Position numbers and translations under genes: made by a program
Part shown: one piece after another, positions 40,100-54,783 of the stretch
How positions within the stretch are numbered: the stretch's first letter is position 1
Layout of the letters: the number at the start of each line of letters is the position of its first letter
Notes under the pieces: model-generated
Told to the model about the DNA's origin: nothing
The model's input: only the letters and a program-made list of their open reading frames with translations
The model's database searches: none
From: the human T2T-CHM13v2.0 reference genome, Homo sapiens
Assembly: GCF_009914755.1 (NCBI RefSeq)
Contig: NC_060927.1
DNA: 64,000 bases
Reading direction: 5' to 3' (one strand)

Positions 40100-41100
40100 A
40101 GAAAAATATTTTGGGTTCTCTGTATTTTTATTTTTCTTGATATTTTTCAGTCTTGAATAGGATTTTTCTGTGACTCAAGGAGAGAGATTTCAGTTTTTAT
40201 TTCCAGATGGTTTTATTTGTTGTTATGAATATTTGCAGAATGATAGAAAGATGCATTTTTTGAATTTTTGGCATTTATTGATTTTTTTCTTTGTGACCTA
40301 AAATATGACCAATTTTTAAAAATAATCCATGGATACTTAAAAGCACATTGTGTTCTCTTTCAAGATACAGACTTTGGTAATTTGAAGTTTATTAGTTATG
40401 TTATTTAAGTCTTCTAAGTCCTTACTTATTTTTTCCTTTTTACTTTTCACAGATACACAGACTAATGTATTTATCTGTTTCTCCCTACGTGCTCTCTCTG
40501 CTTTATGGTTGTTGATACTGTAGCATGATGGACATATATATTCATTTGTGCAATGTGATTTGTAACAATAAAAATACCCTTCTTCAATTGTCTGATGTTT
40601 TGTGATCTAAATTATTCTTTACCTATAAAAATTGATTTCAACCCTGGATTGCCACCACATCCGGCTAACTTTTTGTATTTTTAGTAGAGACGGGGTTTCA
40701 CCATGTTAGCCAGGTTGGTCTTGATCTCCTGACCTCCTGATCTGCCCACCTCGGCCTCCCAAAGTGTTGGGATTACAGGCATGAGCCACCGTGCCCGACC
40801 TGTTTTCATATTTTCTTTCATTTTTTATGGAACTGTCACAGCTCAGTTTTCAGATCTCTCTCAACTGGTTTGCCATATCTTCCCTGAGCTCTTGCCTGGC
40901 ATTCTTAATTAATTGAAGCAAATACTCTTTTTAATTCATGGTGAAAATATATTGTCAGAATATTTATCTGCTCCCCAGCAACATCTTTTCTGTGGGGAAT
41001 TTTGCATTTTCCGTGTATTTTTCCCTATTTTTTACTCCTTTGAAAACAGTCATTTTACATATCCTATTGAAATGTTTTTATTAGTCATTATTGAAGGAAC
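40100..41100 (-). mobile_element. Degenerate L1ME-like fragments
   Basis: T-rich skew with phrases such as ttgtgacctaaaatatgaccaatttttaaaaataatccatggatact. Confidence 0.45.
40651..40800 (-). mobile_element. Alu left arm only (3' half missing), AluSc/Y-like
   Basis: gccaccacatccggctaac...ttagccaggttggtcttgatctcctgacctc...gagccaccgtgcccgacc. No right arm or tail. Confidence 0.9.
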
Positions 41101-41667
41101 AATATTTTCATGAATAAACTATTGTTAAGGTAGAAGTCAAAGCTATGTTCAAGACTAAAGTTTTTCTACTATTAATGAGTTTCTTGTATGTAAGTTCAAT
41201 TTTTCCTTACTTCTCTCTAACCAATAAGTTGAGCGACTTCATGGGATGTTTTTTTCTTTTTTGCTGATTTTCTGCAAATAACAAACTGGTTAACTGGTTT
41301 ATGGAAATATTACTCGCTTATTAATTATTTATTTTGCTGGTTTCCTCTGCTTCTGGAACCTAACTATGTTTTGGACTCTCCTGTCACTAGTTAGTATATT
41401 TTATTTTTGTTCCCACTGTTGCAAAACGAGGATTCAGAGTTTTCTTCTCTTGTGCCCCTCACCTTGAAGGAGTTCATTTTACTTCCTTTTTCTAATGTAC
41501 TTGGTGCTTAGTTCACACTCTCTGGTGTATTAGCTTCGTCTTACACCTTTTCTTCCTACACCTTGATCCCTACTGCTTCACATCATATTTATGGGGTGGA
41601 GGTGATGTATGTTTCCCAGTTGTAAATGACCTGGCTTTTTCCCCTTTCCCCTTTTTCTTTCTTGCTT

Positions 41668-41875
41668 TTTTGAATGACTTCCTAGAAATCCTTGTTTTAT
41701 GCTGAAGTGTTTAAGCTTATATATTCACTGTTGTACTTGTTAGCAAAACAACTTGTTTAGTGAAGGAAAGTAATCACTAACTTCTTAACGAGGTTTATCT
41801 TAAAAATAATGAGTTTTTTTGTTTTAAAAAAACACTAGTATTGATGTCAAGAAAGATGAATAAGAGAATCAGTGC
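41668..41875. repeat. Copy 1 of a diverged ~210-bp local direct duplication
   Basis: Aligns by eye with 44047-44291 (ttttatgctgaa.tgt.taagcttatatattcactgttg; tttagtgaa.gaaa; acttcttaa.gagg; tcaagaaa.atga). Confidence 0.85.
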
Positions 41876-42589
41876 TTAAATATAAAAGTTACTATTCTTG
41901 AATTACAAAAAATTACCTAATGAAAAAATTCGAAAATATGCGGGAAATCCAATTAATATTGTTCAGGTTTTGAATAGCTTATTTCTGTCTAATTAAAATT
42001 TCTGCCATATTATTTCCTGATTTCAAGGAATCTTTATATCTTCTAGCTAGAGTGTTATTTACAATGGATTATTGAGTTTCACCAGGATTTTTTATCTCAT
42101 TATGACTCTATCTAGTACTCTATACTCCTTATATGCCCTAAAGTTTCCTTTTAGGAACAATTGTTATGGTGAGATTGCTTGACATAAATACATCAGGGCA
42201 AGCTCAAAGCTTATCTCACCCATTAATTAGTGACCAGAACACTTATCATAAATTTTTACACACACCAGTTGACATAATATCAATGAGGCACCAGAGACAA
42301 TGTAAAAATGTTTTTTCTCGACATCATTTTCTTTTTTTCATTTCTGTGAGCCCTTTAATAAGTAGTATTAATGTTCATAAGTGTCAGCTGGACTTCTATG
42401 CAATGAGATTGTAATAAGATAATTCATGGTAATTCAATAAAGTTACAATGAACTTCTCAAATTAATCTAGAAAAATGTTTCAAAAATATCCAATGTCTAA
42501 TATTACATATATTTTTTTCTGATCTGAAGAGGAATTTTTGAAGTAACTATTTGTAATAAAATTTACCAATCCAAACATAGCAACATTAT

Positions 42590-43410
42590 TTTAATTTTTT
42601 AAAAATATTTCAACTTTCAGATACAGAGGGTACATATGCAGATTTGTTACATGGGAATATTCTGTGATGATGAGGATTGGGGTATGGATCCCATCACCCA
42701 GGTACTGAGCATAATACCTGATGGGTACTTTTTCAACCCATTCACCCCCTCCTTCCACCTTCTAGCAGATTGCAGTGTCTGTTATTCTTGTGTTTATATT
42801 CACGTGTGTTCAGTATTTAGCTATCACCTATAAGTGAGACCATGTGGTATTTGGTTTTCTGTTCCTACATTAATTTGTTTAGGATTATGGCTTCCAGCTC
42901 TATCCATGTTGCTGCAAAGGACATGATTTCATTCTTTTTTATGGCTGTGTAATATTCCCTGGTGTGTATGTACCACAATTTCTTTATCCAATCTACCATT
43001 GGTGGGCAGCTGGGTTGATTCCATGTCCTTGCTATTGTGGGTAGCACAACAGTGAACACATGAGCACATGTGTCATTTTGGTAGAGTGATTTATTTTCCT
43101 TTGAGTATATGCCAGTCATGGGTTTGCTGGGTCAAATGGTAGCTCTGCTTTAAGTTCTTTGAGAAATCTTCAGACTACTTTCCACAGCGATTGGACCAAT
43201 TTACATTCCCACCAGCAGTGTATAAGCATTCCCTTTTCTTGGCAGCCTCACCAGCATCTGTTGTTTTCTGACTTTTTAACAACAGCCATTCTGACTGGTC
43301 TGCGGTGTTATCTCATTGTGGTTTGGATTTGCATTTCTCTGATAATTAGTGATGCTGAGCATTTTTTTTTCACATGTTTGTTGGCCACACATATGTCTTC
43401 TACTGAGAGG
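42590..43410 (-). mobile_element. L1PA15/16-like 3' fragment
   Basis: gagggtacatatgcagatttgttacatggg...gctgcaaaggacatgatttcattc...ccattctgactggt. Confidence 0.9.
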
Positions 43411-43521
43411 CAAACACAGAAACATTTTAAAGTTAAGATTGTGAGGTCTTTCTGGGCCCCATACCCCATTGCAGCAACAGATTCTGATTTTTCTCCCTCA
43501 TAAGCTTAGGTGTTCAATTAA

Positions 43522-43865
<344 letters not shown>

Positions 43866-44046
43866 TGCATCAAAATAATTTTAAAGGGGAAAAATAGCAT
43901 TGTCAGTATTTGGTAACAAGGAAACAGGAGTGAATCAGGTCAAACTCTTTGCTTTCAAGTGTAGAGTGCAATTACCTTTAAAACAAACATTAATTTGAGA
44001 GGAGTGTCAATAGAGACCAGTTTGCTTTTATTTTTTCCGCTTTTGA

Positions 44047-44291
44047 TTTTGGATGGCTTCTTAGGAGTCCTTATTTTATGCTGAAATGTATAAGCTTATA
44101 TATTCACTGTTGGACCTGATAGAATAAAGCTTATATATTCACGGTTGGACCTGATAGCATAACGCTTATTTAGTGAAAGAAAAGTATTCAATGACTTCTT
44201 AATGAGGCATACCTGTACAATAATGTATTTTTTCTTTGTTTAAAAAAACCACCTGGATTACTATCAAGAAACATGACATTGTAATTAGTGC
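44047..44291. repeat. Copy 2 of the local duplication, with an internal 35-bp tandem duplication
   Basis: aagcttatatattcac(t/g)gttggacctgatag(a/c)ata at 44092-44126 and 44127-44161. Confidence 0.85.
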
Positions 44292-45605
44292 AAGAGCTTT
44301 GCTTCAAAACATGTTCCTTAAAGCAAGAAAAGATTTAAAATTTATCAACACATTTATTTAAGGCATTGCATTCATGACTCCTATTAAACCCAGTTCAAAT
44401 GAGAAATATATAAATAAAAATAGAATTCCTATATTCTATGGAATTAGAAACTACATTCTCCTTACTTTTGAGGGAATACAGTATCATGTTCAAATGATCC
44501 CTACATTTAGATCTACTATTGGATATTCATTATTATTAAGCATTAATACCTGCCTTGTATTTACAGTTATAAAATAACATGTGTTTAAGTTTAGTACCTG
44601 GAATGGTTGAAGCATATTAATTTCTATTAATTTGATTTCATTAATTTGAAAAAACTACAAGATTTGTTTAAGACTGAGTTTCTGCTTAATATCTTGTTGT
44701 GAGATGGCCAAACACATGTCCTTTCCGTGTTTACCTCCAGATAATGCTTGGTGTATTATTAAGGGTAAGATATAGGAGACTTTGTTGTCAAATTCTATCA
44801 TCAAATACTATTAGCTATCATGAGAGTTCTTAGATGCTCAGGAATTTTTGAAGCAAAGCTTTTCCTTAAAGATGATCCATTACTATGATTTCATATTTCC
44901 TTGTGGGACAGTCTGTAAGCCTTTGGGAAGTTTTGGATTAACCAATTTACATCAACCACAATACCAGATACAACTCCACCAGTGGTAATTTGGGAGGCCA
45001 CTTCTAGAAGCTGGAAAATTTGCACTCTAACTTTTCACAAAATTGTGTTCCTTTTCATTCTTTGAGAGCTACCACATTAATAATCATAGCTCATTTTGTA
45101 GGATAAGTGTTTCTTAATATAAGTCTAAATTTTTTTGTTATAATTTGTCACCAAATGGCATCACTGAAAGCAAATAGACTCTAGGATAGAATATAACTAT
45201 TATCTAACTTATATAATTTTCTAAAATATAAAATATTTTGAACAATTTTATGTCTGTGATATAGTTGGACACGTTTATATAGAAAACAAATGAATATTAA
45301 TTATCTTACAACCAAATAGCTGTGTGCTTTCTCTATATGGTTTGAAAAAAAAAATACATATATATACATATACTATCAAGACAGTAAATTGCAATCAGCA
45401 ACAGAAAACCAATCTGTGAATTATCTCATTTATCAACGAGTGAACTCTACACTTACAGGTGATAACACAACTTCTTATAGGTTATAACACTTATAGGCTA
45501 TGACTTCTTATAGGTATAATTACTTTATTACATCAATAAGAAACCTGTTTTACAAAATATCTATGAAGCAAAATGCCTGAATACTTTGAAAAATACATAA
45601 GGTAA

Positions 45606-45947
<342 letters not shown>

Positions 45948-46376
45948 TGAAGAATGTTCTTCTAAGGATCATGTAAAGCAGCAACACTGAAATGAGCACC
46001 ATTTACACACAGTTATGGGCCCTGTATTTGACTAGTTATGCTTCATAGAAAATGTGGCCTTTACAGCAAGGAGCTCTCCAAGTTTCTCTTACGAAAAAGA
46101 GGGTATGAAGTGAATGATCTTAAACAAAGGATGGCTCAGTTTCTAGTCTTTCGAGGAGGAGCACATAATTCTTCCCTCTCAGACCAATGGAATTATATTA
46201 ATTTATAGTAACTGTTTTCTGATTCAAAAGCTACTTTGGGGAAACCTTTTAGGAAATGATCTTGCCTAGCTGAAAAGATAAGATATTTAATAACTAGTCG
46301 CTGTATCTAAAAAAAGTTGATTAAATGGGCACATTCTTTCCCTTGAAGGATAGGTTATCCCCAAAGATATGATATG

Positions 46377-46397
46377 AGTGTGTGTGTGTGTGTGTGT
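46377..46397. repeat. (TG)n microsatellite
   Basis: Seen directly in the sequence. Confidence 0.88.
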
Positions 46398-47729
46398 TCA
46401 TATGAATTCTCTGGAAGAGACTTTTATTCATCTTAGAAATTTACATATGGCTTCTTTGGCTGGGTAATCCCAGCAAAACCTTCCTCAGTCATTGACAGTC
46501 AAAGAATATAAACTGCTGCTTTTTTCTTATACTGTATTTTTAAAAAAGATTTAATAACATTCATTTAATGCCTCAAATGTAGATGTATGGTGCTCCTTGG
46601 GAATCATTTTTATCCTTTTCTTCACAATAAAAGGAGGAGTGAGAATTATACTTGTGACTCCTGAGTTTGCGTATAGAGCAGTAACTTGTGAATAATCATT
46701 TTTTGTAGCTACTCGTCTTCTGGACTTTAGGGAATTTACAGATATGGATAAATCCTTTGCTGTGAGGTTATACTCTATGAATAAACATAGAACAAAGTAA
46801 AGGAGTTTGTCATTTCAAAAAAAAAAAAAGAAACTCAAGATCTGGGGACATTTTTCTCACTAAAGTTTGGAACTGTGATTTCCATACCTGCAAGTTCTGT
46901 GACTTTGGCGAGGGTGATGGAGGTCACACTTTGATCTATCGATGACCAAAGCCTCTGTTTGAGTGATGTGAAAAATATTCTTTAGTGTTACAGCACTAAA
47001 GTAAAAAGCAAACAATTTGCTGCTGTACAGTAGTGAATGAGATGACGTGCACTCTAAGGATATTAAACTTTCATTTTATAGAGAAGAATTGCAAGATGGA
47101 TTTTGCTTTGGTATTCATACTCAAAATAAATGTGTTCACTTTTTATATTCAAATGTGTCTTTAAAGTTGGAGGCCAATTGAAATGCACTATACAATCTCC
47201 TAGAATTTAACTCCAATAACCCTAGTTAATAAGGATAATGCCTTTTATTGTATAGTGCTTTAGAGCACAATGAGTGTTTTCCCATATGTAACTCTACACT
47301 TAGGACTAAACTAAGTTTAGAAAAGAGAGCTCTTATTAGTCCCATTCGAAAAATGATTCAACATCCCCACTAAGGCATTGTGACTCTTCTAAGTTATGTA
47401 AATGAAAGGGTTTATGTGCAAAAAACATACTTCTTTCATGAAAGCAGAGAAGTGGAACCTAAAACATTAGGAGATGTGCCTCTAGAGTCAGTAATCTTGA
47501 TGACTGAGGCAATTCCCCACATGCTTGGAGTTTTTCTAGAATATTGATTCACTTCTGCTTGGCATCAATTGTCAGGGAGTTACATCTCGATTCCCGTCCT
47601 AGCACCAGGATATTTTCATATCTTATGCCTATAACTCTAGATCATTTTGATATATTTTAGTTGAAAGTTTTCTCTCATGCTGAATCACCTGATGGATCTG
47701 AAGTATAAAAATAGCATAAACTAAAAGAA

Positions 47730-48260
47730 AGTTAATAAAAAACATATGAGAAGGTTTTCAACTGCTCGTCATTGGGGAATATATTTAAGACAGTGAATTA
47801 TCATCTTCACCCTCCAGATTAAAAAATAAAAGTCGGATCTTATCAATTTTGAAAAGGATGTGGAGAGATGGGAATTTTCATATATACTGGGTGATATATA
47901 TGCTTTTTCTTATAAGCTCTGCAGAGTAAATTGTCAGTATCTAGAAAAAAATATGCAAATTATCCACCAGAAATCCCATGCTAGAAACTTTTACCCAAGA
48001 GAGCAAGACTTGCATTTGGATATTTATTGCAACATCAGTTTGGGATATTTTTTGCAGCTTTATTTGTAATGGTAAAACAATACAATGCTTTTGTTTATGC
48101 CGCTATAATTTCATATGATGGCATAGTTTTCAGTTAAAAGGAAAATATTTCTCCATAAAAAACACTGAGAAATTTAAAAACATTGTTGAGTGAAAAGAGA
48201 AAGAAGTTATACAGTCCCTAGGATATTATATCATTTATATAAATTTACAGAACTTAGTGT
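47730..48260 (+). mobile_element. Degenerate L1ME 3' fragment
   Basis: aaggatgtggagagatgggaattttcatatatactgg...aaacattgttgagtgaaaagagaaag. Confidence 0.6.
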
Positions 48261-49783
48261 ATACATGTACGCATACACTCACACACATATCACTGATGCC
48301 ATGCCAGATATCATATTATCATATCTGTATTCAGGGAAGGAAGATTAACAAAGAGGTAGCACCACCAACCCCCACTGATATCTTCTTACATCTTATTAAC
48401 CATAAGCAGGCCACATAGCCATTCCTAATAAGAAAAATACCTGAAAAAATCAACTATCATTCAATAGGAAGAGAATTATTGTCATTGGTGGGAATTAATA
48501 ACAATTCATGTTCTAAAAAAATTAGCATTCTGTAGGCAGAAAGATTTAAGCAACCAACAGTAAGTATCTGGCAATTAGTAAATCACACTGTTGAATACAG
48601 TTCTATTTTTCAATATTAATGATGAATATACCTCTTTAAACCCATTCTGATTTCAAGCTCTTTGTGAAGACATCCTGTATTAAATGTTTCCCTCATTGCC
48701 CCCAGCACATTCAGTGATGGACATATGAAAAGCACTCCAAAAATGCTTGTGATTAAATAATGCTGAGAAGAATTCACAATCTTTAAAATGAGAACTTATC
48801 TTAGTAATTGATAGAAATTTTCTGGACCACAATTGTTACATTTATAAAGACTGATAGAATTAATGTGTATAGTATGTTGCATCTTTTGTGCTAAAATTTA
48901 AAAAGTAGTTTTCACTATTCCTTTTACATAAGTGCTTGAATTATAACTGCTTGAAATTGAAAACTTCACCTGCTATATGCAATTAGATAGCAGCATAGTC
49001 TCCATTCATTCCAGTGGAATTTATGAAATGAAGATCAAACTGCAGTTTATTAATCCTTAAGTTATAACTTGTTTTATAATCAGAAAGGCATTGTGACAGG
49101 CCAGATAGGCTGTTTCCTTTAGAAACTTAACGGATGCTTTACATGTTACGACTGTTCCTTAGGTCAAGTTTCTTGAAAAAATAATGTGAGATTGAGGTTT
49201 GCTCACAAGAAGTTGTTGAGGAGTGAACTGAGACAATGCCCATAAGGAAAAGAGTCAAGCAGGATCTCACAGAGCAAGAGGCTGAACCACGGTAGGTGGT
49301 GAGGGAGTAGTTCCCTTTGGTAAGGTTTTTTCCTTGGGCAGGAATCAACTGAGACCTGTCAGCAGCTGAGATTTCTGAGAGTTCAGTCTGAAAGAGAATA
49401 CAAGCAGAGCAGATGTGATTTTATTGGTCATCGTTACTAAACACTGCAACACAGAGGATGACTACTGATACGTTTTCTTTGATTTTATAACAGTTTTGAT
49501 ATAAAAACAAGTGAGCATTTAGCATTCTTCTGAGCATGATTGGAGTAAGATCATATTATTCCCAATGTGTGGATTATAAGCACAAAGTTCTCTAAGTTGT
49601 AATGATTAACTGTTTATTTCACAATCATCTTATCAAATAAAATGTTCTTATTGATTAGAGTGACTCAAATTAGGAAAATTAAATCACGGTGACACGTAAC
49701 CAAATATTACTAGCAAAGCTAAAAATAATGAAATAATAGCAGTTATGACAATTTTGAGCCTTGTGCAAACTCCTATAGCCTTC

Positions 49784-50357
49784 TGTGTGGAGGATCCCCA
49801 AGATGACCCCAAAGTTCAGTGATTCACCAGGAAGGATTGCAGGAGTCAGTGTATGGTCATACTCGTGGCTAAGATTTATTGCAGCAAAAGGATACAAAAT
49901 AAAATCCGCACAGGGAAGAGGCACATGGGGCAAAACCCCAAGACAAGTTTTCAAAAGTTCTTTCCCATTGGAGTTACACAGAATGTGCTTCATTCTTCTA
50001 GGATCAAATTGTGGCAATAGGAGAGACGTGCTACAGGGCAGCTCTTTGCTGCAGTGTTGCAGAAACTGAAGAGATTTAGTGCCCAAGGTTTTCACTGGGC
50101 CTAGTCATATAGGCACCCTCTGCCTAACACCTGCCCAAATTCCAGACTGTTGGGGGGGGGGGGGGGGGGACGCAGATGTTCAGCATAAACCACGTTTGTC
50201 CAAATGGCTTAGGCACAGTAAATCACATTCATCAATTAGGAAATGACAGGAACACTCACAAAACTCAAGTTCCCGGATGCCACCGAGGACTAACCTTGCA
50301 AGCAGGCCTTTCTGAAGGTAGCAGTTAAGTCCTGCTATGTTAACTCTTTTCTGAATA
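49784..50357 (-). mobile_element. MER77/MER68-like ERVL solo LTR containing a G18 run
   Basis: ggatccccaagatgacccc...gtggctaagatttattgcagcaaaaggataca...aaccttgcaagcaggcctttct...cctgctatgttaactcttttctg. Confidence 0.8.
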
Positions 50358-50654
50358 CCTCAGATTCTCTATTATTATGCAGTAATTTTACTATATAGTG
50401 TTTGGGGAACTGGATCCCTGGCTTTAGGCCTTCTTCTAAAACATGTAACACATTTACATTTCCAATATTTAGTGAGATTAATGTCAGTTCTCTTATGTGA
50501 AATGAGAAGCCACAAAAGATTTCCTGGAAATTATAGAAAATATGACTTTGAGCTCTTTTTCTTATATGTGAATAAGAAGAGACAAGGTTAGAAAAAGAAC
50601 AGTAGCAAAGTCACACACAGTAGTGGAAGCAAGTGAGCCATGGGAAGAAAGCGC

Positions 50655-50850
50655 AAAGTGAATGGCTTAAAATCACGGATGCTGGAGACAGTCTGGCTGC
50701 GACCCTTGGACTGTCTTGGCCTCTGTTCCCTCATCTATAAAGTGGGGCTGCAAACGGTCTTGACTCATAAAGCCCCTTTTGGGAAATGAGTTCACTTTTC
50801 TATATTTGTCAAATATATTTAAATAATACTGGGAACATAGTAAAGGTAAC
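50655..50850 (+). mobile_element. MIR SINE
   Basis: gcctctgttccctcatctataaagtgggg. Confidence 0.6.
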
Positions 50851-51148
50851 CTCTTCAGTGTTTGTAAAATAAAACTAAGTTATATAAATTAACAAACAGG
50901 CACCTCTCTAAAACAGCAAAATATGACCTAGTTAAACTTCTTAGCCCAGGGTATAAAATTAATGTTGGAAAGGCCAGTAGTTTAGAAAATATAAGAAGGG
51001 AAATATACAACCAGATTTTAGGTAAGATTTCGTTTGTTTGGATTGTATTCTTCCCAAAAGACACTCAAAGTATTGTGAAAAAACCAATCGAATTTACCCT
51101 TTACTTTCACACTCAAATATATATTTTCTCTAGAAAAATAATACTACA

Positions 51149-51729
51149 TGTATTAGTCTCTAGAGACTAATACATGTATTAGTCTACTAGTCTCTAAAGG
51201 GACAGAACTAATAGAATAGATGAATATATGAAAAGAAGTTTACTGGGAGAATTGACTCACATGATCACAAAGTGAAGTCCCACAACAGGCGGTCTGCAAG
51301 CTGAGGAGCCAGGAAGCCAGTCTGAGTCCCAAACCACAAAAGTAGGGAAGCCGACAGTGCAGCCTTCAGTGTGTGGCCGAAGACCCGACAGCCTCTGGCA
51401 AATCACTGGTGTTAAGTCCAAGAGTCCAGAAGCTGAAGAACTTCGAGTTGGAGTCTGATGTTCGAAGGCAGGAAGCACCCAGCATGGGAGAAAGATGGAG
51501 GTCAGAAGGCCCAGTCAGTCTAGTCCTTCCACCTTCTTCTATCTGCTTTTATTCTAGCTGTACTGGCAGCTGATTAGGCGGTGCCCACCCAGATCGAGGG
51601 TGGATCTGCCTTTCCCATCCACTGACTCCAGTGTTAATCTCCTTTGACAACGCCCTCACAGACACACCCAGGAGCACTACTTTGCATCCTTCAGTCCAAT
51701 CAAGTTGACACTCAATATTAGCCATCACA
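51149..51729 (-). mobile_element. MLT2A-like ERVL solo LTR
   Basis: tgtattagtc...gggacagaactaatagaataga...ccaatcaagttgacactcaatattagccatcaca. Confidence 0.92.
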
Positions 51730-52077
51730 ACAGAAAATACAAATGAAACAAAATACAAATGAAATTTATCTCACTGTCCTTTATTCTTAGGCTTGTCATT
51801 TCATAGTACATAGTTTATGGGATTTGTGTACTTTTTCCGTTTTAGTAAAAGTATTTTTATTCGCTAGTTTAAGTTGCTGCAATTTTCAAAAATTTTCAGA
51901 CTTCAACTGTTTCAGAGCTTGTTTACATAGCCTTATACTTCTGATGTAACTTAATTAAATTACTAAAAGACACGAGGAATTTCTCATGGCACTCTCTTTT
52001 CTTTATTTCAAATTCCCAAGTGAAGATACTTTTTTTTTCTCTCTCTCTCTCTGATAACCACCGTAAATACAGAAAAC

Positions 52078-52570
52078 TGGGGCAGACACACCCAGTGATG
52101 ACCCTCAGTGAGTCACCTGCTTGTCATGTATTCTCATCTTGAGAGTAAGTGGACTTACGAGTGTTTCTGACCAACACCCCCGTGATTATGTTATGTTCTA
52201 TGGCAAAACGTAAGGGATTTTGCAGATGTATTAAGGTTACTAATCAGAGGTTATCTTGGATAGGTTGACAGTATCAGGAAAACCCTTTAAAAGAAGATCT
52301 GGCGATCAGAGAATCTCTCTCCTGCCTAATAAAAAAGCAGCCTTGAGGTTTTCACCTGTATGGAATGGCCTGAGCTTGGAAAAAGATCATAAGCTTCACA
52401 GGAGACCCCAGCCCTAGCTGACACTTAGCGTGCAGCCTTGTGACCCCTTACGAAAGGACCAAGCTAAGACATGTCTGGATTCCTGACCCATGGAATCCGT
52501 GAGATAATAAATATCATTTATTTTAAGTTGCTAAGTTTGTGGTAATTTATTCAGCAGAAAACTAGTAAAA
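52078..52570 (+). mobile_element. MLT1E-like MaLR LTR
   Basis: gggattttgcagatgtattaaggttactaatcag...gtgagataataaat...ttttaagttgctaagtttgtggtaattt. Confidence 0.8.
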
Positions 52571-52634
52571 TGAGTATAATAAAACCTATTTATTTTTGAG
52601 AAGCACCTATATGGTCTCTAAACCTCACAAAAAA

Positions 52635-53045
52635 AAATAAGTAGGGTAGACTAAGCCACGGTAACAAATTGACCCAAGCATATGTTTCAACAATATGAAG
52701 GTGCTTATTTGATTGTTGACCATATAATGATTTTCAGCAATGCCACAGTCACAGGAAGGCTTTACTCACAGTCATTTAGGACCTTACGGGGCCAGTGGCT
52801 CTGCCATCTCTGAATTAGCTTTTGAGGTCTTCCTTGGAGTTCCCCTCCAGCTGGTAGGAAGGGGCAGAGAGCAAGAAGGAGTGTGTGGGGCAAGATTCTG
52901 GGATACACTTCAGTCCCCTTGCATCTCATTGGCCAGAACGCAGTCACATCATGGGTCACACAAGAGGGGCAGGGGAATCTGATCCAGCTTTGTGCTCCCT
53001 GAGCACAAAGAAGATGTGAAATTTAGGGAATAATTAGCCTTTTAA
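52635..53045 (-). mobile_element. MLT1J/I-like MaLR LTR
   Basis: ggtaacaaattgaccc...catctcattggccagaacgcagtcacat...tccagctttgtgctccc. Confidence 0.6.
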
Positions 53046-54783
53046 TATACCCGTCAAGGTACTGATAGAGGGCCCCCTTGACATATGAGGAAACCTAGGC
53101 TGAAAACAGATCAGTAACTTATCCAAGGCCACTATGCAATGCCCTCTCTTGCTTTACCACTCTCTTTAATGGTTGAGGATGATATTTATGTAGGTAGAAC
53201 TTGTGTGCTACTTTTGTATAATTTGTTATAATTTCACAAGGTGCTTTATGAAGATCTTTTGGTAATTCCTTAATCCACTCAACATATAATTTTGTTCAGT
53301 AAAGGGAAAGATGTTATGGGCTGGGACACAAACATGTTCAATGTATCACAATTACCCTAGAGGAATCGGCCCATGAGGAAGTCGCGACTGTTCTATTATT
53401 TTCAGAAAACAGGTCTGTGATCCAAAATATTTTCTAACTTGGAAAGTTAACATCTTGTCAGTAGCTGAGCCAAGAATAGAACTCAGGTCTCATGACTTCA
53501 AATTTCCTTTTTCAGAGCAACTATGCGCAATTCCCATTTTGTAAGGACATCTAAATAGCACTTTACAATTTTTTCTTCTGAACAACAAAAAATATATTTA
53601 CCATATGACAAATTCCAGAGATGAATTTTGCGTGTGCTGAAGAGGAAATATTACTTCACGAGTATTAAAAACTTGCATTACACTTACAAATGTTTATTTT
53701 ACTACAAGGCAATATTATTTACCAAAAAAAAATCTGTAACATAAAGCTTAAAATAGGTATCTGACTTTTTGTTTGGTACTGAAACAATTCACTTTTAAAA
53801 ATCACTGTAATGGAACAAATAAGTTTACACTTTGTCATCTGACGTCGTAGACAGCTTGAAAATAAATTTAAATGTTCTGAGTTTTAGTGTTCTTGTGTAT
53901 CCATTGGGTTTAATACTCTCTTGACAGCATTTTTGGAAGGTATTATTGGCATAATACTCGCTGATGGTTTACATAGCATTCAAATACTAGCTTCTCAACC
54001 TCTGAAGTTGACAGTGCTGTAAGAAAAAATTCAATCTTGTTTCTGCCTTTTTGGAATTCTGATAAAGCTCCCTCCTGTCATTTAGAATAATGCTTCTGTC
54101 TAAACAGTTTTTATTGACAAAAAATGACTTAAAATGAACAGTGTTCAGAAATTGCTGTTGGTAACAAAAATGAATGGGGAAAAAACTTGATAATGATTGA
54201 AAAACGGATAAACAACCTTCCTTCTCAATTCTTTTGTGATTTTCTTGACTTGGGGAAAGCTTGGAAGTGTGATAAGGAAAGAGAAATGTCTAAAATGTTG
54301 CCAACAGAGTGGGGTATAATATAGGAGTGCAGAGCAGGGTGCCTGTCTATCTACATACATTGCTTGCAAGTTTATCCATTCATAAGTACTTAACTTTGCA
54401 TTTATTTATAGCCTGTGAAGGATTCATTACAACTTCAAAATATTTAATAAAATATAGACCACTAATATGAGTGGTTGAGAAAAAAAAGAACAAAGGGAAA
54501 AGGAGGTTGTAAAAACAACAGCTAAATCAAAGAATGAATTTAGTGTCAAAATAAATGCAGAAATCTTATACCTGTACAAAAAAGAAGCCACAAATCATAT
54601 TCTAGCTTTCCAGTCACCGTCACAAAAATGATCATGTACAGAAGTCAGTTTCATAAGAGCTTCCAAAGTCTGGAATGTAGGGGGCGGAAATCAAGTCTAT
54701 AGAAAACATGTTAAGTGGATTATCATAGGAAAGAGGTGGAGTATCTTTAACAATTAAAGGGAAAATGCAGAACCTTCAGATTT

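Noticed and set aside
45460-45520. Degenerate cttatagg tandem repeats
   Set aside because: Short, irregular and low information.
49679-50095. 138-aa minus-strand ORF
   Set aside because: Lies mostly in a MER77/MER68-like LTR; no retroviral protein motif.
53380-53389. Palindrome agtcgcgact resembling the TCTCGCGAGA promoter motif
   Set aside because: Only the 6-bp core matches and there is no CpG-island context.
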